This document shows positions 49,716 to 59,612 of a stretch of DNA of 64,000 nt, piece after piece. The position numbers were made by a program, and so were the translations under genes. Position 1 is the first letter of the stretch; every line of letters begins with the position of its first letter. The DNA is from Pseudonocardiaceae bacterium (lineage in GTDB: Bacteria; Actinomycetota; Actinomycetes; Mycobacteriales; Pseudonocardiaceae): the NCBI GenBank assembly GCA_050699435.1, contig JBOHGM010000007.1:3928-67927 (forward strand). The letters run 5' to 3'. The notes below the pieces were generated by a model, which saw only the letters and a program-made list of their open reading frames with translations, did not search any database and was not told where the DNA came from.

Positions 49716-51638
49716 GTGCGATGGGACAACCTGACACTGTCCGGCCAGGACGCGCTATTCGGGGTGGGCGATGTCGTGGCGCGCACCTTTGACACCCCGG
49801 AGTTCCGCGGGATGACGTTCTACGAGGTGGCGGCCCGCTCGATCCTCAACAAGGTGCCGGCCGCTTCCCGGATGCCCTTCGGCTGGACGCTCAACCCGTA
49901 CCGGGGCTGCAGTCACGCCTGCAGGTACTGCCTGCCAGGAGACACCCCGATCCTCATGGCCGACGGGCGGACCACTCCGCTGGCGGACGTGCGCGTGGGG
50001 GATGCGATCTACGGCACCGTCCAGGACGGCTGTTACCGGCGCTACGCGCTCACCGACGTGGTGGCCCACTGGCGGACGGTCAAACCTGCCCACCGCGTCA
50101 CGCTCGAGGACGGGACCGAGCTCGTGGCCAGCGGCGACCATCGCTTCCTCACCGATCTGGGGTGGAAGCATGTGACCGGTGGCGCTGACCGACCCGCTCT
50201 GACGGTGGGCGATGAGGTGATCGGAACCGGGCAGTTCGCGGCACCGCCGGAGGACTCGACCGACTACCGCCGCGGCTATCTGTGCGGCATCGTTCGCGGC
50301 GACCCGCAGCACACATTGGGATTGGTCGATCGTGAGGTGCTGCGCAGGGTTGGTTGTTATTTCATGGACGCCGGTACTCGTACCCGGGGGTGGGAGCTCC
50401 AGGCGGTCGGTGGCCCCCCGTCACCGGCGAGGTCAACGATGCGCGATCAGATGCGCGTCGGATTCGAGGCCATCGCCGAGATGATCAGCTGGCCGAGCGC
50501 CCCGGCTGGCGCCTGGTACCAGGGGTTCCTGGCCGGGATTTTCGATGCCGAAGGGAGCTGTTCTGACGGCACCCTCCAGATCGCCACTATCGACCCGACT
50601 GTCGTCGAGTCAGTGCTCTCGGGCTTGACGCTTTTCGGTTTTCGCTGCACCGTCGAGGACCCCGAGTGGTCCACCGGCCCGCGGTGTGTCCGGCTGCTCG
50701 GCGGAGCCGGTGAGCAGCTCCGTTTCTTCCACACCGTCGACCCGGCGATCAGTCGGAAGCGGTCGATCGCAGGCATGGCGATCCGCCAATGCGTGCGGGT
50801 GGTCTCGGTCGAGGATCTCGGCGTGCAGTTACCGATGTACGACATCACGACCGGGACAGGGGACTTCATCGCAAGCGGGGTAGTGTCGCACAACTGCTTT
50901 GCCCGGCGGACGCACGAGTACCTCGATCTTGACGCTGGCGCTGACTTCGACTCGAAGATCGTGGTGAAGGTCAACGCGCCGGAGCTGTTGCGCAAGGAGC
51001 TCGCTTCGCCGCGCTGGGCGGGGGAGCACATCGCGATGGGCACCAACGTCGATCCCTACCAGCGCGCCGAGGGGCGCTATCGCCTGATGCCCGGGATACT
51101 CGAGGCCCTGCGCGACGCGCGGAATCCCTTCTCGATCCTCACCAAGGGCACCCTGGTGCTACGCGACCTCGACCTGCTCCGCGAGGCTGCGGAGGTCACC
51201 GACGTTTCGGTCAACGTCTCGGTCGGATTCGTCGACGAGGCCCTCTGGCGGGTGGTCGAGCCCGGCACTCCCGCGCCCCGCGCCCGGCTCGGGGTGTGTC
51301 GCACGCTCACCGCTGCGGACATCGGCTGCGGAGTGCTCATGGCGCCGATCCTTCCGTACCTCACCGACTCACCTAGCCAGCTGGAGGCGACCGTGTGCGC
51401 GATCGCCGAGGCCGGCGCCCGCAGCGTCACCCCGATCGTGCTCCACCTTCGTCCCGGCGCGCGGGAGTGGTATCTCGCCTGGCTGGAGCGTGAGCACCCC
51501 GAACTGGTGCCCCGCTATCAGGATCTCTATGCGGGCGGTGCCTACGCCCCCAAGGCATACCAGCGCAACATTTCTGCGCGCGTTGCCCAGCTCGCCCACC
51601 GGTATGGCGTCGGCTCGACGAGCCCGGGCAAGACCTGA
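49716..51638 (+). CDS. Rv2578c-like radical SAM protein interrupted by an intein
   Basis: The exteins read VRWDNLTL...LNPYRGCSHACRY | CFARRTHEYLDLD...NPFSILTKG. The radical-SAM CxxxCxxC motif is only restored after removing 49929-50894. The start is either GTG 49716 or ATG 49674. Confidence 0.85.
   Translation: MRWDNLTLSGQDALFGVGDVVARTFDTPEFRGMTFYEVAARSILNKVPAASRMPFGWTLNPYRGCSHACRYCLPGDTPILMADGRTTPLADVRVGDAIYGTVQDGCYRRYALTDVVAHWRTVKPAHRVTLEDGTELVASGDHRFLTDLGWKHVTGGADRPALTVGDEVIGTGQFAAPPEDSTDYRRGYLCGIVRGDPQHTLGLVDREVLRRVGCYFMDAGTRTRGWELQAVGGPPSPARSTMRDQMRVGFEAIAEMISWPSAPAGAWYQGFLAGIFDAEGSCSDGTLQIATIDPTVVESVLSGLTLFGFRCTVEDPEWSTGPRCVRLLGGAGEQLRFFHTVDPAISRKRSIAGMAIRQCVRVVSVEDLGVQLPMYDITTGTGDFIASGVVSHNCFARRTHEYLDLDAGADFDSKIVVKVNAPELLRKELASPRWAGEHIAMGTNVDPYQRAEGRYRLMPGILEALRDARNPFSILTKGTLVLRDLDLLREAAEVTDVSVNVSVGFVDEALWRVVEPGTPAPRARLGVCRTLTAADIGCGVLMAPILPYLTDSPSQLEATVCAIAEAGARSVTPIVLHLRPGAREWYLAWLEREHPELVPRYQDLYAGGAYAPKAYQRNISARVAQLAHRYGVGSTSPGKT
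49929..50894 (+). other. 322-aa intein with a LAGLIDADG homing-endonuclease domain
   Basis: Block A is CLPGDTPILMADG. Block B is LVASGDHRFLT. The LAGLIDADG motif is FLAGIFDAEGSC (about 50525-50560). The C-terminal blocks are MYDITTGTGDFIASGVVSHN, followed by +1 Cys. Confidence 0.85.
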
Positions 51639-51764
51639 TGAAGGCTCGGCACTCGAAGGACCGCCTGCCCGGCTGCACGGTGGGGGACGGGCGGGAACGC
51701 GGACCTGGGACACGATTAGCCTCTGTAAGGTTCCGTCGTCCAGATCGAGGAGTTCGCACCCGCG

Positions 51765-53534
51765 ATGCGCACCGACCTTGCAGGCACGCTCTCCGCCCAC
51801 GAGTTCCCAGGGCGGATTATCACCCTGGCCGGGTGGGTCGCCCGCCGCCGCGACCACGGAGGCGTGATCTTCATCGACCTGCGGGATGAGACCGGTGTGG
51901 TGCAGGTGGTGTTCCGCGAGGGCGAGATGGCGCAGCGGGCCCACCGGCTGCGCGCCGAGTTCTGCATTCAGGTCACCGGTCTGTTGGCGCTTCGCCCCGA
52001 GGGCAACGAGAACCCGGAGCTGCCCAGCGGCGAGGTCGAGGTCATCGCCGACGAGCTGACGGTGTTCAGCGAGTCGGCGCCGCTGCCGTTCCAGCTCGAT
52101 GAGTATCTGGAGGTCGGCGAGGAGGTGCGGCTGCGGTACCGATACCTCGATCTGCGTCGTCCTGGCCCGGCGGCCGCGATGCGGCTACGCAGCGAGGCCA
52201 GCCGGGTCGTCCGCGAGGTGCTGGACCGGTGGGGATTCATCGAGGTGGAGACCCCGACCCTGACCCGTTCCACTCCGGAGGGCGCGCGGGACTTCCTGGT
52301 GCCCGCCCGGCTGCAGCCGGGCTGCTGGTACGCACTGCCGCAGTCACCTCAGTTGTTCAAGCAGCTGCTCATGGTCGGAGGCGTCGAGCGGTATTTCCAG
52401 ATCGCCCGCTGTTACCGGGATGAGGACTTCCGTGCCGACCGGCAGCCCGAGTTCACCCAGCTCGACATGGAGATGAGCTTCGTCGACCAGGACGAGGTGA
52501 TCACGCTGAGCGAGCGGGTGGTGGTCGCGCTGTGGTCGGAGCTGGCTGACCACCAGATCGAGCGACCGATTCCCCGGCTGACCTACGCTGACGCGATGGC
52601 GAGCTACGGCACCGACAAGCCGGACCTTCGTTTCGGGCTTGAGCTCACCGAACTCACCGGCTACTTCGCCGACACCCCGTTTCGGGTGTTCCAGGCGCCC
52701 TACGTGGGGGCGGTAGTCATGCCCGGCGGGGCAGGTCAGGCGCGCAGGCAGTTGGACGCCTGGCAGGAGTGGGCCAAGCAGCGGGGCTCCCAAGGCCTGG
52801 CCTACGTGCTGATCGGCGAGCACGGCGAGCTCTCCGGGCCGGTGGCCCGCAACCTCGCTGACCATGAGCGGGAGGGTCTGGCCAAGGCGGTTGGCGCCAA
52901 CCCTGGCGACTGCGTGTTCTTCGCCGCGGGGGATCCGCGGGACGCCCGTGCGGTGCTGGGTGCCGCTCGGGTCGAGATCGGCAGGCGGTGCGGGCTGATC
53001 GACGAGTCGGCGTGGTCGTTCGTCTGGGTGGTCGAGGCGCCGATGTTCGAACCCGTCGAGCGCTCTGGGGATATCGCCATGGGGCACAGCGGCTGGACCG
53101 CGCTGCACCACCCGTTCACTGCGCCGACGTCGGAGTGGATCGACCGCTTCGAGCAAGATCCCGGCTCCGCGCTGGCCTACGCCTACGACCTGGTCTGTAA
53201 CGGCAACGAGATCGGTGGCGGCTCGATCCGCATCCACCAGCCAGACGTGCAGCAGCGGGTGTTCCGGGTGCTCGGGATCTCCGAAGAGGAAGCGCAGGAG
53301 AAGTTCGGGTTCCTGCTGGAGGCGTTCCGCTACGGCCCCCCGCCGCACGGCGGGATCGCCTTCGGCTGGGATCGGATCTGCATGTTGCTCACCGGTGCCG
53401 ACTCCCTGCGTGAGGTCATCGCCTTCCCCAAGTCCGGTGGCGGTCTCGACCCACTCACCGGGGCCCCCGCGCCGATCACCCCGGAGCAGCGCCTCGAGGC
53501 CGGGGTGGACGCGAAGCCGCCCGTGAAGGGGTAG
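51765..53534 (+). CDS. aspS: aspartate--tRNA ligase
   Basis: 589 aa. It has an OB-fold N-terminus ([19 protein letters not shown]). Class II motifs: [27 protein letters not shown]. Confidence 0.97.
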   Translation: MRTDLAGTLSAHEFPGRIITLAGWVARRRDHGGVIFIDLRDETGVVQVVFREGEMAQRAHRLRAEFCIQVTGLLALRPEGNENPELPSGEVEVIADELTVFSESAPLPFQLDEYLEVGEEVRLRYRYLDLRRPGPAAAMRLRSEASRVVREVLDRWGFIEVETPTLTRSTPEGARDFLVPARLQPGCWYALPQSPQLFKQLLMVGGVERYFQIARCYRDEDFRADRQPEFTQLDMEMSFVDQDEVITLSERVVVALWSELADHQIERPIPRLTYADAMASYGTDKPDLRFGLELTELTGYFADTPFRVFQAPYVGAVVMPGGAGQARRQLDAWQEWAKQRGSQGLAYVLIGEHGELSGPVARNLADHEREGLAKAVGANPGDCVFFAAGDPRDARAVLGAARVEIGRRCGLIDESAWSFVWVVEAPMFEPVERSGDIAMGHSGWTALHHPFTAPTSEWIDRFEQDPGSALAYAYDLVCNGNEIGGGSIRIHQPDVQQRVFRVLGISEEEAQEKFGFLLEAFRYGPPPHGGIAFGWDRICMLLTGADSLREVIAFPKSGGGLDPLTGAPAPITPEQRLEAGVDAKPPVKG

Positions 53535-53537
53535 CAG

Positions 53538-54477
53538 GTGCTGCACCTGCGCGTCATCTGCCCGCCGGGCAACACCGAGGCGGTACTCGACCGGCTGGGC
53601 AGCGACCCGGGCGTCACCCACCTCACCGTGCTGCGAGGCGCCGCAGTCGACCCCGCCGGGGACGTCGTGCAGGCCGACGTGGCCCGCGAGGCCGCTGATG
53701 GGGTGCTCTCCGCGCTGTGCGAGCTCGGTGTGGATCACACCGGCGGGATCACCCTGGAGCCCCTGGACACCGTACTCTCCGACGTGGCCGATGCCGCTCA
53801 ACGGGCCACACCGGGGGATCCCGCGGACGCAGTGGTGTGGGACGAGCTCATCGCGCGAACCGGGGACGACTCCCGGCTGACCTTCACCTTCCTCGCTTTC
53901 CTCACGCTGGCTTGCCTCATCGCGGTGGTCGGTGTGGTTACCGACTCCCCGGTCACGGTTGTCGGGGCCATGGTCGTCGGCCCGGAGTTCGCGCCGCTGG
54001 CGGCGATCGCGGTAGGGCTGGTCCTGAGCCGGCGGGACCTGGTGAGCCGGGCGGCGCTGGCGCTGGGGATTGGTTTCCCGCTGGCCATGCTCATAGCGGC
54101 GGCGGGAGCGTTGCTCGGTGAATGGACCGGGCTGTTTGACGGGGGCGACGTCCTTGCCGCCGACCAGGTGGACTTCATCTACCAGGTCGGACCCTTCTCG
54201 TTCATCCTCGCCCTGTTGGCGGGCGCCGCCGGGATGCTCTCCCTGACCTCGGCGAAAGTCGGCCGCACTGGTCGGGGTGTTCATCTCGGTGACCACGGTG
54301 CCGGCCGCGGCGTTCGCGGTGGTCGCAGTCACCATCAGGGAGTGGGACACCGCCGTGGCATCCTCGGTGCAGCTGCTGGTGAACCTGCTCGGCATTGTGA
54401 TCGCCGCGGTCCTCGTGCTGGTGCTGCGCACCCGACGGCACAGTGGTGACCCGCGCCGCCCGCTTGCCCAGGGTTGA
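53538..54477 (+). pseudogene. DUF389 (TIGR00341-like) membrane protein with an apparent 1-nt frameshift near 54257
   Basis: Frame 1 reads MLHLRVICPPGNTEAVLDRL...GMLSLTSAKV and then turns to junk. Frame 2 continues as expected for the family: SAALVGVFISVTTVPAAAFAVVAVTIREWD...LLVNLLGIVIAAVLVL. Confidence 0.72.
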
Positions 54478-54526
54478 TGCTCGTCTGACCAGCACGCTCC
54501 CACTCGAATGGATAGGGTGGGCGGCG

Positions 54527-55765
54527 ATGACCACCGAGTTCGCGAGTCCCCTCGATCCGATTCCCGCTCCTGACGAAGCGGCCGGGATGGCCGTAGGCGA
54601 TGCAGTGCGTGCTGCTGAACGGCTGCTGACTGCGCGGCTCGGTGCACCGGTCCAGCTCGCCGATCCAGAGGATCTTGGTGGCAGCGGCCGGTCCACCGTG
54701 CTGCGTGTCCGGGTCGCCCGCACCCCGTTCACCCTGCCCAGAACGTTGGTCGTCAAGCACAATCCGGAACACACGCACGTGGGCGGGGTGGATCCGTTCG
54801 TCCGGGAGGCGGCCAGCTGCCAGCTGTTCACCGCGCTACGCCGGGAAGACCGGCCGGGACCAGAGCTGATCGCCTGCGACACCGCTGCCCGGTTGCTGGT
54901 GCTGGAGGACCTGGGCCGCTCCGGTACGGTAGCGAGCCTGCTGCATTCGACCGGCTCCTGCACTGCATCCCGCGCCGAGCAGGTGTTGCTCGACTGGGCG
55001 CATGCACTGGGCCGGCTGCATGCCACCACTCGCGACCGCGAGCCGGATTTCGCCGCGCTGCTGCGCCGTCTCGGCGCACCGCAGGTGAGGGATCCGTTCG
55101 CGGAGCACGGCCGGGCCGCTGTCGCCGGTCTGCCCGCACTTCTTGAGGCTGAACTGGGAGTGCACAGCCCACCCGAAGCGGTGACGGAGGCGCGCCGGGC
55201 GGCTGAGTTGTTCAACGGTCGGCCCTACCGTGCGTTCAGTCCGGCTGACCTCGGACCCGATAACGCCGTCGTCGGGCAGACCGTGCGTTTCATCGACTTC
55301 GAGGGCGGTGGTTTCCGCACCGCGCTGCTCGACGCCGCCCAGCTGTGTGCACCGCTTCCCTCTTCTCTGGATGCGTTGGCGTTCCCACCCGGCATGGCGG
55401 AGGCGATGGTGTCAGCCTGGCATGCCGAGGTGATCGGGACTTGGCCGGAGCTGACCGACCGGTCTTTGCTGGCTCGACGGCTACTGGACGGGCAGCTGCT
55501 GTGGACCTGGTTGTGCACCTGGTGGTTGCTGCCGCTGCCGGGCCCGCGCACCCCGGCGACCGCTCTCCTGGCCCCGCAGGGCGACCCCGATGCGGTGTCC
55601 GACCGCGGCGCAGTATTGGTCGACCGATGGGAACGGCTGGCCGGTGCGGCAGATACGGTCGGGAACCCGGAGACCGCCAGGCACGCCGCACTGGTGGCTG
55701 AAGCACTTCGTCGCCGGTTCAGCGTCGTGGGCGACCCGCTCCTGCGGTACCCGGTCTTCCGCTGA
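54527..55765 (+). CDS. aminoglycoside-phosphotransferase-fold (kinase-like) protein
   Basis: It has an APH-like catalytic region (FSPADLGPDNAVV...VRFIDFEGGGF) and upstream LVVKH and LVLEDLG motifs. The substrate is unknown. Confidence 0.62.
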   Translation: MTTEFASPLDPIPAPDEAAGMAVGDAVRAAERLLTARLGAPVQLADPEDLGGSGRSTVLRVRVARTPFTLPRTLVVKHNPEHTHVGGVDPFVREAASCQLFTALRREDRPGPELIACDTAARLLVLEDLGRSGTVASLLHSTGSCTASRAEQVLLDWAHALGRLHATTRDREPDFAALLRRLGAPQVRDPFAEHGRAAVAGLPALLEAELGVHSPPEAVTEARRAAELFNGRPYRAFSPADLGPDNAVVGQTVRFIDFEGGGFRTALLDAAQLCAPLPSSLDALAFPPGMAEAMVSAWHAEVIGTWPELTDRSLLARRLLDGQLLWTWLCTWWLLPLPGPRTPATALLAPQGDPDAVSDRGAVLVDRWERLAGAADTVGNPETARHAALVAEALRRRFSVVGDPLLRYPVFR

Positions 55766-55833
55766 CGGTCTTGCGCTGAACGGTCTTGTGCTGCGTGATC
55801 TGCTCGGTCGGCCGGTGGAGGTAGGTTCGCGGT

Positions 55834-57201
55834 GTGTCCGCTGACGACGCCCTGTTCGATGACGCGGGGCTGTTCGCTGCGCAGGCCGAGGATCGCGCCG
55901 AGCAGCGGTTGGCCACCTCCGCTCCGCTAGCGGCGCGAATGCGGCCGGTCACGCTGGAGGAGGTCGTCGGGCAGGACCACCTGCTCGGGCCGGGCAGTCC
56001 GGTGCGCAGGCTGGTGGAGGGCGGCGGCGCGGCGTCAATGATCCTGTATGGCCCGCCGGGGACCGGGAAGACCACGCTGGCCCGGCTGGTCTCGCAGGCC
56101 ATCGGCCGGCGTTTCGAGGCGATGTCGGCGCTGTCCTCCGGGGTCAAGGAGGTCCGCGCGGTGATCGACGGGGCGCGGCGGCGGCTGGGCCGGGAAGGGG
56201 GTGCGGCCACCGTCCTGTTCATCGACGAGGTGCACCGCTTCTCCCGCACCCAGCAGGACGCGCTGCTCGGGGCCGTGGAGGACCGGGTCGTCCTGCTGGT
56301 CGCCGCGACCACCGAGAACCCGTTCTTCTCCGTCGTGTCGCCGTTGCTGTCCCGCTCGCTGGTGCTGCAGTTGCACCCGTTGTCCGACGAGGACGTGCGC
56401 ACGCTGGTGCGCCGGGCACTGAACGACCCGCGCGGCCTGGACGGCGCGCTGGCCCTGGACGCCGACGCCGAGGAGCACCTGGTGCGGCTGGCCGCCGGCG
56501 ACGCCCGCCGGGCGCTGACCGCGCTGGAGACCGCGGCCGAGGCGGTAGGCACCGGCGGCCGGGCGGTGGTCGATCTGGGCGCTGTCGAGTCCGCGGTGGA
56601 CCGGGCCGCGGTCCGCTACGACCGGGCAGGCGACCAGCACTACGACGTGATCAGCGCGTACATCAAGGCGATCCGGGGCTCCGACGTGGACGCCGCGCTG
56701 CACTACCTGGCGCGGATGGTGGAGGCCGGGGAGGATCCCCGGTTCATCGCCCGGCGGCTGGTGGTGCACGCCAGCGAGGACATCGGGATGGCCGACCCGA
56801 CCGCCCTGCAGACTGCGGTGGCCGCCGCCGATGCGGTGCAGTTCATCGGAATGCCCGAGGGTCGCCTCGCGCTGGCCCAGGCCACCGTGCACTTGGCCAC
56901 CGCGCCCAAGTCGAACGCGGTGATCACCGCGATCGACGCCGCGCTGGCCGACGTCCGGGCGGGCGCCACCGGGCCAGTGCCTCCGCATCTGCGCGACGGG
57001 CACTACGCGGGCTCGACCCGGCTGGGTCACGCGCAGGGCTACCGGTACCCGCACGACGTCCCCGAGGGGGTGCTGGCCCAGCAGTACCCCCCGGACGAGC
57101 TGGTCGGACGCGACTACTTCGAGCCAAACGGGCACGGTGCGGAACGCGAACTCGCCGAGCGGGTACCCAAGCTACGCAGGATCATCCGCGGTCAGGACTG
57201 A
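55834..57201 (+). CDS. rarA: replication-associated recombination protein A (AAA+ ATPase)
   Basis: Walker A is [11 protein letters not shown] and Walker B is [18 protein letters not shown]. It also has [27 protein letters not shown] and YRYPHD. Confidence 0.95.
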   Translation: MSADDALFDDAGLFAAQAEDRAEQRLATSAPLAARMRPVTLEEVVGQDHLLGPGSPVRRLVEGGGAASMILYGPPGTGKTTLARLVSQAIGRRFEAMSALSSGVKEVRAVIDGARRRLGREGGAATVLFIDEVHRFSRTQQDALLGAVEDRVVLLVAATTENPFFSVVSPLLSRSLVLQLHPLSDEDVRTLVRRALNDPRGLDGALALDADAEEHLVRLAAGDARRALTALETAAEAVGTGGRAVVDLGAVESAVDRAAVRYDRAGDQHYDVISAYIKAIRGSDVDAALHYLARMVEAGEDPRFIARRLVVHASEDIGMADPTALQTAVAAADAVQFIGMPEGRLALAQATVHLATAPKSNAVITAIDAALADVRAGATGPVPPHLRDGHYAGSTRLGHAQGYRYPHDVPEGVLAQQYPPDELVGRDYFEPNGHGAERELAERVPKLRRIIRGQD

Positions 57202-57466
57202 GTCTCCATCGCGAAGCGGGTGCTTCGGACGTCATCAACGGTTCGAGCCGGTAGCATGCGGCGCCCTACGGCGGTCCGCCACGTTTGGATCAGCCGTCGT
57301 TTGCCCTGCTCTCTCCGCTCACCAAGTCGAGCACGGCTCCAAGCAGGTCGGGATTCATTGTGTTGACCTCATGCTGGCGCAAAGATCAAGTCTGGTACCG
57401 TGCGATTATGCTGACCGAAGCCGAGTGCACCAGCTGGAAGTACGAGGTTGTGGCAGGAGACAGTCG

Positions 57467-57913
57467 ATGAAGGCGACCGAAGCCAGGCTGCTGGAGTTCC
57501 TCAGGAAGTCGCCTCAGCTCATCATCCCGATCTACCAGCGCACCTATTCCTGGACCGAGAGCGAGTGCCGCCAGATCTGGGACGACATCCTGCGCACCGG
57601 TCGCAACGACACCGTCTCCGCGCACTTCGTCGGCTCCATCGTCTACATCGAGAAGAGCCTGTATCAAGTCTCCACACAATCACCGCTGCTCGTCATCGAC
57701 GGCCAGCAGCGGCTGACCACGGTCTCGCTGATTCTCGAAAGTCTCGCGCTGGTACAGCAGAAGCCCTTGCCTGCTGAGCACTCGCTGCGGCTGAAGGAGA
57801 ACTTCCAGTTCTTCGAGGCTGAGGTGAAGAAGCTAAGCACGGATCTCACCGCGCTGTGCCAGGGCCTAGCCTACCTGGAGACCGATAATCGACTCCTGGC
57901 CGGAGCTGGATAG
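57467..57913 (+). pseudogene. DUF262 (GmrSD N-terminal, ParB-like nuclease) fragment, 148 codons only
   Basis: It reads LIIPIYQRTYSWTESECRQIWDDI...FVGSIVY...LLVIDGQQRLTTVSLIL, the DUF262 signature. Full-length family members are several-fold longer. After about codon 95 the sequence diverges and soon ends. Confidence 0.7.
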
Positions 57914-57929
57914 TATCTCGTCGTGCGTA

Positions 57930-58275
57930 TCAACGTTGGACCGGGTTGATCTCCAGTTCGAAGTCGGCCGCACGGAACGTCACCACGAAGTAGCGGAAGA
58001 AGGAGATCTGGCCGAGCAGACCCCAACCGTGCGGCCAGGGATCGCAGAAACCAACCTCAGCCTCCCAACTGTGCTCGCCGATGGTCAGCAGCGTCGGCAC
58101 CATTCGCGCCTTTGGTGCCGGCGCCGGCCACGCTGAGTGCCTTCGCCGGTGCTTCCGCGCAGTCAATCCCGGCCAGATCGGCAACCCAGCCGGGCAGCAG
58201 TGTATTCATCGCTCCGCTGTCGACGAGGCACGGCATCAACACCTCACCCATGGTTCCTACGACGACATCGAGCAC
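57930..58275 (-). pseudogene. retropepsin-like aspartic protease, frameshifted near 58100
   Basis: Frame A reads VLDVVVGTMGEVLMPCLVDSGAMNTLLPGWVADLAGI...SVAGAGTKG, with the D-S-G-A active-site motif. Frame B continues RMVPTLLTIGEHSWEAEVGFCDPWPHGWGLLGQISFFRYFVVTFRAADFELEI. Confidence 0.55.
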
Positions 58276-58324
58276 CGGCCGCGGCCAGCCGTCCGGGATG
58301 TGCGGTAGTCGACGAAGGGGAAGA

Positions 58325-58777
58325 TCACGGGTGGGACAGCATCGAGCCGGCTTCTTCGGGGGTTGCAGGCACTTGCCAGACTCGCGCGCGCAGCCCGTTC
58401 TTACGCAGCCACCGCACCACGTCGTAGGGCGAGTCAGCCTCGTAGAGCACTTCGAGGCCGTCCTGGGCGATCCAACGCCCGATGTACGGTTCCAGGGCTG
58501 CCGCCTCGGCTCCCTGGTGCGGCCATGTGCTCGTCTCGCCGTCCCGAGGAGTCGGTACATCTCCCAGGCGGTGTACGCCGAACCCGAGCCGCCGCAGGAT
58601 CGACCGGGCCTGGTGGGTGGTGAAGTCGCCGCGGTCGAGCCCCGTCACCGTCGCAAGTACCTGCTTCGGCGGGTAACGGCGTCGGCCGATCACCACGTAG
58701 TGCTCGCGGATGGGTTCTGGGTCTAGACCAGCGATATCTGGCCGACAGCCGTGGGTTGAGACGGTCGATTGCCTCAC
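58325..58777 (-). CDS. hypothetical protein (possible small DNA-binding module + DUF5678-like C-terminus)
   Basis: It reads HYVVIGRRRYPPKQVLATVTGLDRGDFTTHQARSILRRLGFGV, then YIGRWIAQDGLEVLYEADSPYDVVRWLRKNG. The family assignments come from remembered patterns only. Confidence 0.45.
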   Translation of the reverse strand: MRQSTVSTHGCRPDIAGLDPEPIREHYVVIGRRRYPPKQVLATVTGLDRGDFTTHQARSILRRLGFGVHRLGDVPTPRDGETSTWPHQGAEAAALEPYIGRWIAQDGLEVLYEADSPYDVVRWLRKNGLRARVWQVPATPEEAGSMLSHP

Positions 58778-59546
58778 CGGTGAACGGCATATCGGTCCTG
58801 CCGTACCCGCCAGCCACCCGGCCCTCGTCGTTGGTCATCACCAGGTCGGCGAACAACCGGTCGAACACCTCGTCGTCGACGACGGCCACGGTGAGTTGGA
58901 CCGCGCCCAATTCCAGTGGTTCGAGCACCAGACCGTAATGCCAGACTCGGAACCCGCCCTCGTCCCGTGCTCGTTCGAACATCCGGAATGGCTCCTCCTC
59001 GGCATAGTCGATCGACCGGGAGTCGGACCCGTCGTGTTCGGGATTGCCGAGGAACTCCTCGGAAAACTCGCGCATGATGTTTCGCCACAGACAGAAGTCG
59101 TTGTGCACGTCGGCCGGGTCCGCTGAGGACGGCTGGAACTCTCCGGCTGGCATCACGTGGCACAGACCGCCGCCATCGGCCACCTTCCCGCCGTCCCGCT
59201 CGTGCAGCACGAATCGGTGCATGCCGCTGCGGTCCCGCCGAATGGTCAGGGTGCTGATACCGGGAGACATCAGCAGTCGTTCGGGGTCGAACGGGTCACC
59301 GAGCGCCACCCGCAACGGCAGCGCATCCCATCCGGGCACCGAACCGCCCGAGCCCAGCCAGGACGCCTTGAACTCGTGCGCGAACACCTGCTTGACGTCG
59401 AACACCTCGAAGAACGTCGTGGTTGCGAAGGTCAGCGCCAACCCGCCGCGGGCAAAGGTCTCGGCGTGCTGGGCGAACTCCTCGAAGGTCATGCATCGCT
59501 CCCGGATGCGCTGTTCGAGCAGCGTCCGGGCCGGACGGTCGACCAC
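58434..59546 (-). CDS. hypothetical protein with a truncated-looking HTH N-terminus; the 3' third overlaps the next ORF out of frame
   Basis: It reads MVDRPARTLLEQRIRERCMTFEEFAQHAETFA..., then a globular region (HVMPAGEFQP, WRNIMREFSEEFLGNPEHDG, FRVWHYGLVLEPLELG). After ...FTGEAIDRLNP the frame turns Arg/Pro-rich while overlapping 58325-58777. This suggests a frameshift or a real end near 58760. Confidence 0.42.
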   Translation of the reverse strand: MVDRPARTLLEQRIRERCMTFEEFAQHAETFARGGLALTFATTTFFEVFDVKQVFAHEFKASWLGSGGSVPGWDALPLRVALGDPFDPERLLMSPGISTLTIRRDRSGMHRFVLHERDGGKVADGGGLCHVMPAGEFQPSSADPADVHNDFCLWRNIMREFSEEFLGNPEHDGSDSRSIDYAEEEPFRMFERARDEGGFRVWHYGLVLEPLELGAVQLTVAVVDDEVFDRLFADLVMTNDEGRVAGGYGRTDMPFTGEAIDRLNPRLSARYRWSRPRTHPRALRGDRPTPLPAEAGTCDGDGARPRRLHHPPGPVDPAAARVRRTPPGRCTDSSGRRDEHMAAPGSRGGSPGTVHRALDRPGRPRSALRG

Positions 59547-59612
59547 TCCGGGCTCACCTCCCCCGCACGGAGTCGCGGTGACGTGCTGATGACATGCACG
59601 TGGTATGAGTCT

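Noticed and set aside
52344-54647. 767-aa minus-strand ORF opposite aspS and the DUF389 gene
   Set aside because: It is a shadow ORF. It spans two real plus-strand genes and an intergenic gap.
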